From an uncultured Gammaproteobacteria bacterium (GTDB taxonomy: Bacteria > Patescibacteriota > Patescibacteriia > Magasanikbacterales > UBA922), in the NCBI GenBank assembly GCA_964447765.1, contig CAYUTO010000001.1, forward strand, positions 205,870 through 269,869: a DNA stretch of 64,000 bases. Direction: 5' to 3'. Both the position numbers and the translations under genes were made by a program. This document shows positions 37,811 through 48,779 of the stretch, piece by piece. The notes beneath the pieces are model-generated. The model ran no database searches. It saw only the letters and a list, made by a program, of their open reading frames with translations, and was not told the origin of the DNA. Position 1 is the first letter of the stretch, and the number at the start of each line of letters is the position of its first letter.

Positions 37811-38176
37811 TTATTTTTTTAGCTTACTATTTTCTTTTACACGAAACTCTACAATTTTTTGTATCAATCCCAAAGGTGGTGGCTCATCAATAGGAAATTG
37901 GGCCGAACCTTTGCCGCTTTTGTATGGCGACAATTCTTTTTTGAATTTTGCAGTACCTGAGGGCGTAGGGTAAAAGCCGATATGTTTTTCATAGGCAGCA
38001 AAATACACAAGAGGCTTGCTATTAATTTTAAAAGCTGGCATCCCATAGCTAATTGATTCTACCGCATCCGGTGCTGTTTTTCGTATAATCTCCCGAATCT
38101 TTTTCAAACTCAACTGAACATCTTTTGGAAATGATTTGATATACTGATCAATTGTTTTTACCTGTAAATTTTTCAT
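37811..38176 (-). CDS. DUF1801 (YdhG-like) domain protein
   Basis: The sequence KTIDQYIKSFPKDVQLSLKKIREIIRKTAPDAVESISYGMPAFK is the typical DUF1801 N-terminus. Confidence 0.65.
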   Translation of the reverse strand: MKNLQVKTIDQYIKSFPKDVQLSLKKIREIIRKTAPDAVESISYGMPAFKINSKPLVYFAAYEKHIGFYPTPSGTAKFKKELSPYKSGKGSAQFPIDEPPPLGLIQKIVEFRVKENSKLKK

Positions 38177-38181
38177 ACAGT

Positions 38182-38778
38182 CTAAAAACTACCTGTTTTT
38201 ACTTCTCCTGCGCGTTTGTAATTCGCAATAATCACTCCCTGTGGCGAAACCTTGGAATCAACCAGGGTAAGCGCAGCAGGACTCACACCCTCACCAAACA
38301 AACGCTTACCTTTTCCTAAGGTAACAGGAAAAATTTTGAGCCACAATTCATCGACGAGATCATTCTTCAATAATGTCTGGATAAAGTTACCACTACCATG
38401 CACTTGCAAATCTGGTCCATCCTCTGCTTTGATTTTTTTTATTTCTTCTACCACGTCCCCATTCATGAATATTGAATTATTCCAGGTGTGTGAGGTAAGT
38501 GTATTCGATGCAACATATTTCTTCATCGTATTCACCCCTGGCCAATCAGACTCATGTTCCGGCCAATATGAGGCAAATATTTCAAATGTCTTTCTACCAA
38601 GTAGAAGATCAGATGGTTTACTCATTTGATCACCCATCACCGCACCCAAAAATTCATCAAAATATGGAACCGTCCATCCACCGTACTTAAAATCCCCACT
38701 AGTATCTTCGGTAGGTCCGCCAGGTGCCTGCATAACGCCATCGAGTGTAATAAAAGATAGAACGATGATTTTTCTCAT
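38182..38778 (-). CDS. Dihydrofolate reductase-like (RibD C-terminal domain) protein
   Basis: The sequence MRKIIVLSFITLDGVMQAPGGPTED...LLLGRKTFE...WPEH is present. Confidence 0.75.
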   Translation of the reverse strand: MRKIIVLSFITLDGVMQAPGGPTEDTSGDFKYGGWTVPYFDEFLGAVMGDQMSKPSDLLLGRKTFEIFASYWPEHESDWPGVNTMKKYVASNTLTSHTWNNSIFMNGDVVEEIKKIKAEDGPDLQVHGSGNFIQTLLKNDLVDELWLKIFPVTLGKGKRLFGEGVSPAALTLVDSKVSPQGVIIANYKRAGEVKTGSF

Positions 38779-38808
38779 ATGTTTGAAGTAAGATTAATTT
38801 CTGACGTG

Positions 38809-38895
38809 CGGAAGGTGAGAGATTCGAACTCTCGATACCCTTTCGGATATACCGCCTTTCCAAGGCGGCGCACTCGGCCACTATGCGAACCTTCC
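38809..38895 (-). tRNA. tRNA-Ser (anticodon GGA)
   Basis: A manual fold of the reverse complement gives a 7 bp acceptor stem (GGAAGGU/ACCUUCC). The anticodon stem CCGCC/GGCGG closes the loop UUGGAAA. A long variable arm is present. The T-arm is GAGAG-UUCGAAU-CUCUC and the discriminator is G. CCA is not encoded. Confidence 0.8.
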
Positions 38896-38970
38896 TTAAC
38901 TATACCATAACTATAAAACCGTCCCATACTAACAAAAAAGACCTGTTTTGTACAGGTCTTTTTTGTTACA

Positions 38971-40341
38971 CTACTTCTTCAATTTTACATTCACTTTTCT
39001 AAAATCAGTAACAATCTCCATCACTGCATCCACCGTATCAACGATTTGATAGAGCTCATCATCTTCATCATGAACCGTCTCATATTGATGCACCAAACTC
39101 TTTTTGATAAATAAATGTAAGGGTTCCCAAAATGCATGATCGATAAGAATAACCGGAACTTTTTCCATTTTTCCTGTTTGAATAAGCGTCAAAATTTCAA
39201 ATAATTGATGCAAGGTTCCAAATCCTCCAGGGAAAAATACAAATGCTTTTGCAGGAGCGGTAATAATCAATTTGCGTGTAAATGGAAATTGAAATCCGAT
39301 TGAGCGCTTCACATAGGGATTGATACGCTCTTTTGAACCAAAACGCATATTCACGCCGATTGACTGCCCACCACGCTCAAAACATCCTTTGTTTGCAGCT
39401 TCCATAACTCCTGCTCCCCCACCAGTCATGACTGAAAATCCTGTGTCAGCGAGACGTCCACCAAGATCGTAGGACATTGTATAATACTTGGAATTCGGAT
39501 CAATCATGTTTGTACCAAAGATGGTCACATTTTCAATGACTCCGGTAAGGAAATCAAATCCTTCGACGAGCTCTGCCATGATACGAAAAATTTTCCAGTC
39601 TACTGCTTTGCCACATTGGAAACTATCTGGATCAAGCTCGCAAATCGGAGGCTTCTCACCTGTAGGTTCAATAAAACGGTATGCATCTTCTGCAGTATCA
39701 ACTACATTCCATGATTCAATATCTTTGATCGATGCAGCACCAATCTCTACTGACCTGGCTTTCAAAAAACTAAGCAGCGGATTCCAAAATTCACTATTAA
39801 CGAGAATAATGGGCGACTTGAGCATCTTTCCCATTTCCATGAGATCTACAATTTCAAAAAATTCATCCATGGTCCCAAACCCACCCGGGAACAAAGCAAA
39901 TGCATTCGCCGGACTCGTAAGCATCACTTTGCGTGTGAAGAAATAATAAAACGCCGTTGCTTCGGTAACGTATGGATTGATGCGTTGCTCAAAAGGAAGT
40001 TGAATATTCAAACCTACTGATTTTCCACCAGCTTCATGAGCTCCCTTATTGGCAGCTTCCATGATACCCGGGCCTCCACCAGTAATCGTGGTAAATTCTC
40101 CATGAGCAAGAAGCTCGCCTAATTTTTCGGCAATTTCATAATCTTTTTGTCCATCACTAAGTCTCGCTGAGCCAAGAATAGTTACTTCCTTCTCCATTCG
40201 AGATAAAAACTGATATCCTTCGACAAACTCAGACATGATACGAAAAATTCGCCATGATTCACGAAAATCACCTGATTCATTGATTGCATGACTGTAATCG
40301 ATGATACTTGCTTTTGGACGATTACCTTTGACAGAAGGCAT
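38971..40341 (-). CDS. Tandem-duplicated LOG family protein (two Rossmann-fold LOG / TIGR00730 domains fused)
   Basis: Two repeats are present, each with FRIM(S/A)E(F/L)VEG...TGGGPGIMEAANKGA... / TGGGAGVMEAANKGC... and the PGGFGT motif. Confidence 0.8.
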   Translation of the reverse strand: MPSVKGNRPKASIIDYSHAINESGDFRESWRIFRIMSEFVEGYQFLSRMEKEVTILGSARLSDGQKDYEIAEKLGELLAHGEFTTITGGGPGIMEAANKGAHEAGGKSVGLNIQLPFEQRINPYVTEATAFYYFFTRKVMLTSPANAFALFPGGFGTMDEFFEIVDLMEMGKMLKSPIILVNSEFWNPLLSFLKARSVEIGAASIKDIESWNVVDTAEDAYRFIEPTGEKPPICELDPDSFQCGKAVDWKIFRIMAELVEGFDFLTGVIENVTIFGTNMIDPNSKYYTMSYDLGGRLADTGFSVMTGGGAGVMEAANKGCFERGGQSIGVNMRFGSKERINPYVKRSIGFQFPFTRKLIITAPAKAFVFFPGGFGTLHQLFEILTLIQTGKMEKVPVILIDHAFWEPLHLFIKKSLVHQYETVHDEDDELYQIVDTVDAVMEIVTDFRKVNVKLKK

Positions 40342-40406
40342 AGGAGAGTCGAAGTTAACTTTTTACTATTAACAATACGTCGGAATTTCTAATTGTTTTA
40401 AAACAT

Positions 40407-40465
40407 ACACGACTCATGGAACAATATACCCGATAATACAATTTAATTCTGTGTCGTGTTCCATG
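40407..40465. repeat. Second copy of the ACACGACTCATGGAACA / TGTGTCGTGTTCCATG motif pair, immediately downstream of gatA
   Basis: The 16-mer is identical to 13675-13690. Adjacent 40378-40400 (CGGAATTTCTAATTG) resembles the end of the TIR family. Confidence 0.55.
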
Positions 40466-40482
40466 TATGTTGCATCGTCTTT

Positions 40483-41919
40483 CTATCCCAATGTTTCAAG
40501 TGCATGACCTAATTGCAACACACGTGCCTCTTCGAGTCTTGGTCCGATAATTTGTACTCCTACCGGTAGCCCCTTACTTGTCATTCCACCATTTACACTC
40601 AGTGCCGGAACTCCCGCAACTGACGCAGGGCTTACAAATATATCCGCCAAGTACATCGCAAGTACATCACCTTTTTTCTCCCCGATTCCAAACGCAGGAA
40701 AAGGAGAAGTTGGCGTTATCAATGCATCAACACTCGCAAACACCATTTCAAAATCTTCAATAATTTTGCTTCGTACTTTCTGCGCTTTGATATAATATGC
40801 ATCATAATATCCACTGGATAATGCATACGTACCGATCATGATGCGACGTTTTACTTCTTCAGGAAAACCATTTGCACGAGACTGCGCATATGTTTCATAC
40901 AATGAATTTGCTCCAGTCTGTACTCCATAACGAACCCCATCGATACGACCTAAGTTCGAACTATCTTCAGAAGGAACGATAATGTAATACACTGGAATTG
41001 CGTATTTAGTATGCGGCAAACTGACTTCCACGATTTCACATCCTGCTCGCTCCAGCGCTTTGATTTGTGATTCTACAATCGATCTCACTTCTCCATCCAT
41101 TCCCACGAGCTCCATATATTCTTTGGGAACTCCTATACGCATACCTTTGATAGGACGATCTAATAATTCACTATACTTAGGCACAGCATCAGATACCGTC
41201 GTCGCGTCTTTTGCATCACGACCTGCCATTACTTCCATCAAGTACGCAATATCTTCCACTGTACGCGCAATTGGCCCGACGGTATCAAGTGAACTTGCCA
41301 TCGGCATAATGCCATAGCGAGAATTACGCCCATAACTCGGACGAAGTCCTGCAACTCCGCAGAGACTTGCTGGCTGACGAATCGATCCACCCGTATCTTC
41401 TCCGATTGAAAAAATACACTGTCCATCAGCAACTGCAGCGGCTGATCCTCCTGATGATCCGCCCGCAACCTTACTTGTGTCATGTGGATTTTTTACCGGA
41501 CCATACATCGAATTTTCATTACTCGCACCATGACCAAATGCATCACAGTTTTGTTTTCCGACCATTACCGCACCTGCGTCTTTGATTCTCGCGATCACGG
41601 TCGCATCATAGGGAGCTACATAATTATCTAAGATGGTCGCAGAAGCAGTCGAGCGAATATCAGCGGTACAAATTGCATCTTTTACCCCAAACGGAACACC
41701 TGTAAGAATTCCTGCAGTTCCTTCAGCAATCATTTTGTCTGCACGTGCTGCAGCAGCCCTCGCATATTCATGCGTAATCGTAATAAACGCATTAATTTCT
41801 TGATTTCTATCTTCAATTTTTGATAAACACGCATCGGTTAATTCACGCGAAGAAAACTCTTTATTCAAGAGTCCAGTATGTGCCTGTTTTATGGTAAGTT
41901 TTCCCAATTCAATCGACAT
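40483..41919 (-). CDS. gatA: Glutamyl-tRNA(Gln)/aspartyl-tRNA(Asn) amidotransferase subunit A
   Basis: Amidase signature with a GGSSGGSAAAVA region. Length is 478 aa. gatC lies upstream. Confidence 0.9.
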   Translation of the reverse strand: MSIELGKLTIKQAHTGLLNKEFSSRELTDACLSKIEDRNQEINAFITITHEYARAAAARADKMIAEGTAGILTGVPFGVKDAICTADIRSTASATILDNYVAPYDATVIARIKDAGAVMVGKQNCDAFGHGASNENSMYGPVKNPHDTSKVAGGSSGGSAAAVADGQCIFSIGEDTGGSIRQPASLCGVAGLRPSYGRNSRYGIMPMASSLDTVGPIARTVEDIAYLMEVMAGRDAKDATTVSDAVPKYSELLDRPIKGMRIGVPKEYMELVGMDGEVRSIVESQIKALERAGCEIVEVSLPHTKYAIPVYYIIVPSEDSSNLGRIDGVRYGVQTGANSLYETYAQSRANGFPEEVKRRIMIGTYALSSGYYDAYYIKAQKVRSKIIEDFEMVFASVDALITPTSPFPAFGIGEKKGDVLAMYLADIFVSPASVAGVPALSVNGGMTSKGLPVGVQIIGPRLEEARVLQLGHALETLG

Positions 41920-41925
41920 AATTCT

Positions 41926-42225
41926 TTATTGATCTTCAAATACTCGCGGTACTGACAACATATTATTTTCCGAGTGTGGAAACAATGTTACAATCTTTTT
42001 TCTTGTCTCATCATCACTATTTTTTACCACATCATCTCTCATAATATCTTCAAGACCGGTGACTTGTGTAGTCGGCATGACACCCTCAGTTTCAACTTCA
42101 TTCAATGTATCAATATATGACAACACGACCGAGAGTTCTTCGGCATAGCGGATTTCTTCTTCTGGGGTTAGGGATAATCGAGCAAGATTTGCTATTCCCT
42201 TGATATCTTCGCGAGTTAGTGACAT
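41926..42225 (-). CDS. gatC: Amidotransferase subunit C
   Basis: The sequence MSLTREDIKGIANLARLSLTPEE is present. Length is 99 aa. Confidence 0.85.
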   Translation of the reverse strand: MSLTREDIKGIANLARLSLTPEEEIRYAEELSVVLSYIDTLNEVETEGVMPTTQVTGLEDIMRDDVVKNSDDETRKKIVTLFPHSENNMLSVPRVFEDQ

Positions 42226-42285
42226 ATGGAGCTTAGTGTATCAGATAATACGAGTGCAGTGCAATAACTAATACACCCATTAGTC

Positions 42286-42314
42286 TTGACAAAATCATAC
42301 ATATCAGGTACCAT
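42286..42314 (+). promoter_or_regulatory. Promoter TTGACA-N17-TACCAT for candidate ncRNA-1
   Basis: TTGACA lies at 42286-42291 and TACCAT at 42309-42314. Confidence 0.4.
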
Positions 42315-42320
42315 ATCCTT

Positions 42321-42440
42321 CGCGCCGTGGTAGCTTTTGCTGTTTTCCTAGTTGGGCCCGCACCCACCCAGGGATTCAACAGGCTACCACGGTCGCATCT
42401 ATCTCAATTTCCACACTCAAAACGCCCTCCGGCGTTTTTA
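42321..42440 (+). ncRNA. Candidate structured small RNA 1 (~120 nt): 13 bp closing stem, GC-rich interior, intrinsic terminator
   Basis: GCGCCGTGGTAGC at 42322-42334 pairs with GCTACCACGGTCGC at 42383-42396. The terminator is AAAACGCCCTCCGGCGTTTTT. The region is ORF-free. Identity is unknown. No match to SRP RNA, RNase P RNA or tmRNA hallmarks was found by eye. Confidence 0.3.
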
Positions 42441-42448
42441 CTTATTTA

Positions 42449-42476
42449 TTGACTTTTTTATATATAATGCTATAGT
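42449..42476 (+). promoter_or_regulatory. Promoter TTGACT-N16-TATAGT for candidate ncRNA-2
   Basis: TTGACT lies at 42449-42454 and TATAGT at 42471-42476. Confidence 0.4.
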
Positions 42477-42482
42477 CTATGC

Positions 42483-42612
42483 AAAATCGACCTGACGACC
42501 CTCGCAGGACTCCTTACTGATCGAGCCACGGTGACTGACGGGGACATTCTCCTTAGGCGGCGTAGAGGGCGTCAGGTCGATTTCTCCCTCTTCCCTATTT
42601 AGGGATTTTTTT
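42483..42612 (+). ncRNA. Candidate structured small RNA 2 (~130 nt): 17 bp closing stem plus a T-run
   Basis: ATCGACCTGACGACCCTC at 42486-42503 pairs with GAGGGCGTCAGGTCGAT at 42565-42581. A short hairpin CCCTATTTAGGG follows, with the run TTTTTTT. Identity is unknown. Confidence 0.3.
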
Positions 42613-42747
42613 ATCCTTGACTTTCACTCTTACCCACGCTATTCTCTTGCCTAGGACCGGTCCCAGACACGTCTAGGCAAAGACTATTTATCTTCTCAAT
42701 TGTATCCCCCAAAAAAGAAGGTAAACCAGGACCGGTCCAACCTTCAT

Positions 42748-45574
<2,827 letters not shown>

Positions 45575-45661
45575 AGTGATAAAAAGTATACCATATGTGT
45601 ATACAAAAACTAGCCCTCCAATTGGAGAGCTAGCTTTTGATCGATTACATTGAGTATCCTA

Positions 45662-46102
45662 TTACTGACCGATCATTCCTGATGGTGAAGCAGTAAGTGC
45701 TCCTGCTGCGAATCCACCTGCTCCTGCCTGAAGTGATGCAGTGATTGTATAGGTAGTCGTGCTTCCAGTATAACTATAGAATTCTCCTGCAGTCGGACCT
45801 TCTGGTACGAGACCCATGTATGGAGTTGCGCAACCAGTAGTACTAAATCCGGTCGCATTCAAACATGAGTAGTTTGTGTCTCCCAAATTAACTGCTGATG
45901 CAGCAATAGGGTAAGAATTTTGATCCGTGTAGTAAAGTTCGAGAGCTGTCTGGATCTGCTTGATATCTGACAAACGTTTTGCATCATTTGCCTTCTGTCG
46001 AGCTGAACCAAGCGCAACTACTGCGAGTGTTGAAAGTAAACCAATAATTGCGATTACAACGAGTAATTCAATCAAGGTAAAACCTTTTCTATTTTTGTTC
46101 AT
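45662..46102 (-). CDS. Type IV pilin / pseudopilin (prepilin-type N-terminal methylation motif)
   Basis: The sequence KGFTLIELLVVIAIIGLLSTLAV matches the class III signal peptide with GFTLIE. Confidence 0.8.
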   Translation of the reverse strand: MNKNRKGFTLIELLVVIAIIGLLSTLAVVALGSARQKANDAKRLSDIKQIQTALELYYTDQNSYPIAASAVNLGDTNYSCLNATGFSTTGCATPYMGLVPEGPTAGEFYSYTGSTTTYTITASLQAGAGGFAAGALTASPSGMIGQ

Positions 46103-46148
46103 AATGTCTCACCCCCTTCCCAGATGTGAACCATAACTATAGTGCTAG

Positions 46149-46532
46149 TTATTTTATTTTTAAAACTGACCTCACTTTACTCACCGCTTCAGAGGGTTTC
46201 GTATGTGCCTTGATCAGGTAGTCCACTGCACCCATCTCAAGCCCCTTCTCTACATCATCTTTTTGCCCCAAATTAGTCAGTAAAATCACTGGGATTTTTT
46301 TGGTTGTTTCACTTTTTTTAAGTTCTTCTAATACTGCAAATCCATCGAGTTTTGGCATGAGGATATCAAGTAAAATGATGTCTGGATTCTTCTTTTGAGC
46401 CATTTCAAGACCCACTTCGCCATTTTCAGCAAGTATAACCTTGAATTTCTCCATCTCAAATTTCGTCTTGTAGATATTTGCTAGAAAACTATCATCCTCC
46501 ACTAATAGTACATTCACTACTCTATCTGTCAT
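46149..46532 (-). CDS. Single-domain response regulator (CheY-like receiver)
   Basis: The sequence VLLVEDDSF...DIILLDILMPKLDGF...PVILLTN has the conserved Asp residues. Confidence 0.8.
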   Translation of the reverse strand: MTDRVVNVLLVEDDSFLANIYKTKFEMEKFKVILAENGEVGLEMAQKKNPDIILLDILMPKLDGFAVLEELKKSETTKKIPVILLTNLGQKDDVEKGLEMGAVDYLIKAHTKPSEAVSKVRSVLKIK

Positions 46533-46626
46533 AAGCTAGAATTTATAAACTCAACACATACAGTATACCAGACACGCTTTCTTTCCCCAAGAGTGACTGT
46601 GGATAGGTTATAATACAAATCATCTA

Positions 46627-47763
46627 TTAAAAATGCCGTAATGCGAGTCCGATTGAAACTGCCATGCGCGAACCTATGTCTCGAAGCACAGGCTTCAATC
46701 CTGCTTGATAAATTACTCTCGCCCACGGATCACCTACAAATACTTTCATTGGAAAAGTTTCAGTGAGGTATGATGCAATTGGCGCAAACAAGGCACCTCC
46801 ACCGGAAAGAATTATTTTTTCAGGGGTTTTTCCTTCATTTCCTGATTGTTGAAGATAGAGATCAAAACTGTATTGAATTTCTTTTGCCAGCGGATCAAGG
46901 AATGGCATAAATCGGTCATAGGGAATTCTACTCCCCACACTCGATATATCTTTCTTGATTTGCCCAACCAGAGCTCGATCAACACCGAGGTGCTCACCTA
47001 ATATTTCGTCAATCGTGTTTCCACCGAGATGCAGACTTCGATGTGTCATCGGAAGTCCATCTTCAATAATAAAAAAATTGGTCCGCTCTGCCCCGATATC
47101 CACAACCATCGATACAGCGGCGTCTTTTCCAACAAGTGAGCGTGCGAGCGCAAACGCCTCGGTTTCAAGTTCTTGTAATTCGAGGCCAGCTTTATCAAAA
47201 ATTGCGGTATAAAAAGCGACGAGTGCCTTTGGTGCTGCAGTCACAAGTAGTGTCGTATAATTCTTTTTTGACCCTTCTTTTGCAGGCACTTTCTGGTATA
47301 CAATCTGCATTTCATCTGCCGGACGTGAAATCATTTTAGTAATTTCAGCCTCTACGATACGCGGTAATTCTTTTTCCTCGATATTTGGCAGATTGAGTAC
47401 CGCATGGAATACATAGGACACCGGAAGACTCGAAGTCACTCGTTTTCCTTCAACTCGAGCTTCTTTTACGAGTGCTTTGAGTAAATCAGCATACACTCCG
47501 ATACGGGACTCATTTAAAATAAAATCCCTCACCGACGAAGGTGCCAATGCTGAAGATTTCTGATCCATTGGACTAGGGATCTGACTTTTTTGCTGTGTAG
47601 AGTTGAATGTTACCTTTGGAATATGGACATCAAGTTCTTTATCCAAAATCCCATACGTCCAGAGCTGTGGACGAGTCTTATTTTTTTTGAGCTCCACCAG
47701 CTTGATGCCGTGAGCCCCAATATCAACACCGATAAATGATTCTTGTTTTGAGAGTAATCCCAT
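46627..47763 (-). CDS. pilM: Type IV pilus assembly protein PilM (actin-like ATPase fold)
   Basis: The sequence FIGVDIGAHGIKLVELKK is the FtsA/PilM N-terminus. The start was chosen at MGLLSK (47763). Confidence 0.75.
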   Translation of the reverse strand: MGLLSKQESFIGVDIGAHGIKLVELKKNKTRPQLWTYGILDKELDVHIPKVTFNSTQQKSQIPSPMDQKSSALAPSSVRDFILNESRIGVYADLLKALVKEARVEGKRVTSSLPVSYVFHAVLNLPNIEEKELPRIVEAEITKMISRPADEMQIVYQKVPAKEGSKKNYTTLLVTAAPKALVAFYTAIFDKAGLELQELETEAFALARSLVGKDAAVSMVVDIGAERTNFFIIEDGLPMTHRSLHLGGNTIDEILGEHLGVDRALVGQIKKDISSVGSRIPYDRFMPFLDPLAKEIQYSFDLYLQQSGNEGKTPEKIILSGGGALFAPIASYLTETFPMKVFVGDPWARVIYQAGLKPVLRDIGSRMAVSIGLALRHF

Positions 47764-47870
47764 ATGCAGAATAGTATAACATAAAATACAAAGATTCGGT
47801 ACAAGATTAAAAGATTGAAGACTGAAGATTATCAATGCTATATCTATTCAATCTTTAATCTTCATTTTTT

Positions 47871-48779
47871 CTATTTGATATATGTCATTTCATAGTCCGC
47901 GCCACCAATAATTACCTTAATATCCCCTCCCTGATCCGTCCTCCACACCGTACTTGATACACGCTCCAGTCGTTTGATCACTCGTCTGCTCGGGTGCCCA
48001 TAATTATTATCCTTTCCAGCTGAGGCTACTGCGTCTCGTGGGGTCGTGAGTTCTAAAAATTCCTCGCTTGTTGAACTGTCGCTACCATGGTGTCCAAGTT
48101 TTAAAATATCCACATCCAATTCTTCTCCATATACTTCTCCCAAATATTTTTCCAGAGGATCCTCAGCATCAGCCATCAATAATACGGACGTACTGCCATG
48201 CAATACTTTTATCACTATTGAAGTATTGTTTGAACCCGAATCTTTTGTAAGCCCGGGAATTTTTGAATCTTTCGGAATCTCATGGTCGGGATACAAGAAC
48301 TGAAGTGTTGTAGAAGCAATGTCCCATTCGACTGGACTACTAATTTCTACATACTCACCTTCTGCACGCGAGGCCGTATTAAAAGATTTCCACAATTTAC
48401 TATCTTCTTTTTTCAAACCATTATATACCACATGCTTTACTTCAAACCTATTGAGAACTTCTTCACATCCCCCATAATGATCAAGGTCAGGATGCGTTAC
48501 TACCAGATAATCAATTTCCCTATCATTCCAATCCATTACTCGACCAAGCGCCTCAAGAATTCGCCCATCGATTGCACAATCAATCAACATATCTTCACCA
48601 TTCGCAAATTTCATATACGTCGCATCTCCTTGTCCAATATCAAGAAATGTAATCTCCAGATTGCTTTCACCCACTTCTTTAATACCCCCAACTTGCGGAT
48701 CATTATTTTCTGGTACCTCAAACAAATAACTTACAGCAACCACAAGACTCAATACTATTATATACAAAAGATGTTTCAT
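47871..48779 (-). CDS. Metallo-beta-lactamase domain protein corresponding to the ComEC C-terminal domain, encoded separately
   Basis: The sequence LDIGQGDATYM...VVTHPDLDHYGG...LKLGHHGSDSS carries the MBL motifs. It overlaps the ComEC core gene by 4 nt. Confidence 0.75.
   Translation of the reverse strand: MKHLLYIIVLSLVVAVSYLFEVPENNDPQVGGIKEVGESNLEITFLDIGQGDATYMKFANGEDMLIDCAIDGRILEALGRVMDWNDREIDYLVVTHPDLDHYGGCEEVLNRFEVKHVVYNGLKKEDSKLWKSFNTASRAEGEYVEISSPVEWDIASTTLQFLYPDHEIPKDSKIPGLTKDSGSNNTSIVIKVLHGSTSVLLMADAEDPLEKYLGEVYGEELDVDILKLGHHGSDSSTSEEFLELTTPRDAVASAGKDNNYGHPSRRVIKRLERVSSTVWRTDQGGDIKVIIGGADYEMTYIK

Noticed and set aside
42321-42612. Assigning the two candidate RNAs to SRP RNA, RNase P RNA, tmRNA or 6S RNA
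   Set aside because: None of the hallmarks is visible in either orientation. There is no GNRA tetraloop with an AGG/AGCA symmetric loop. RNase P CR-I to CR-V motifs are absent. There is no tmRNA tRNA-like 3' end. Both are too short for 6S RNA. Identity is left open pending a covariance-model search.
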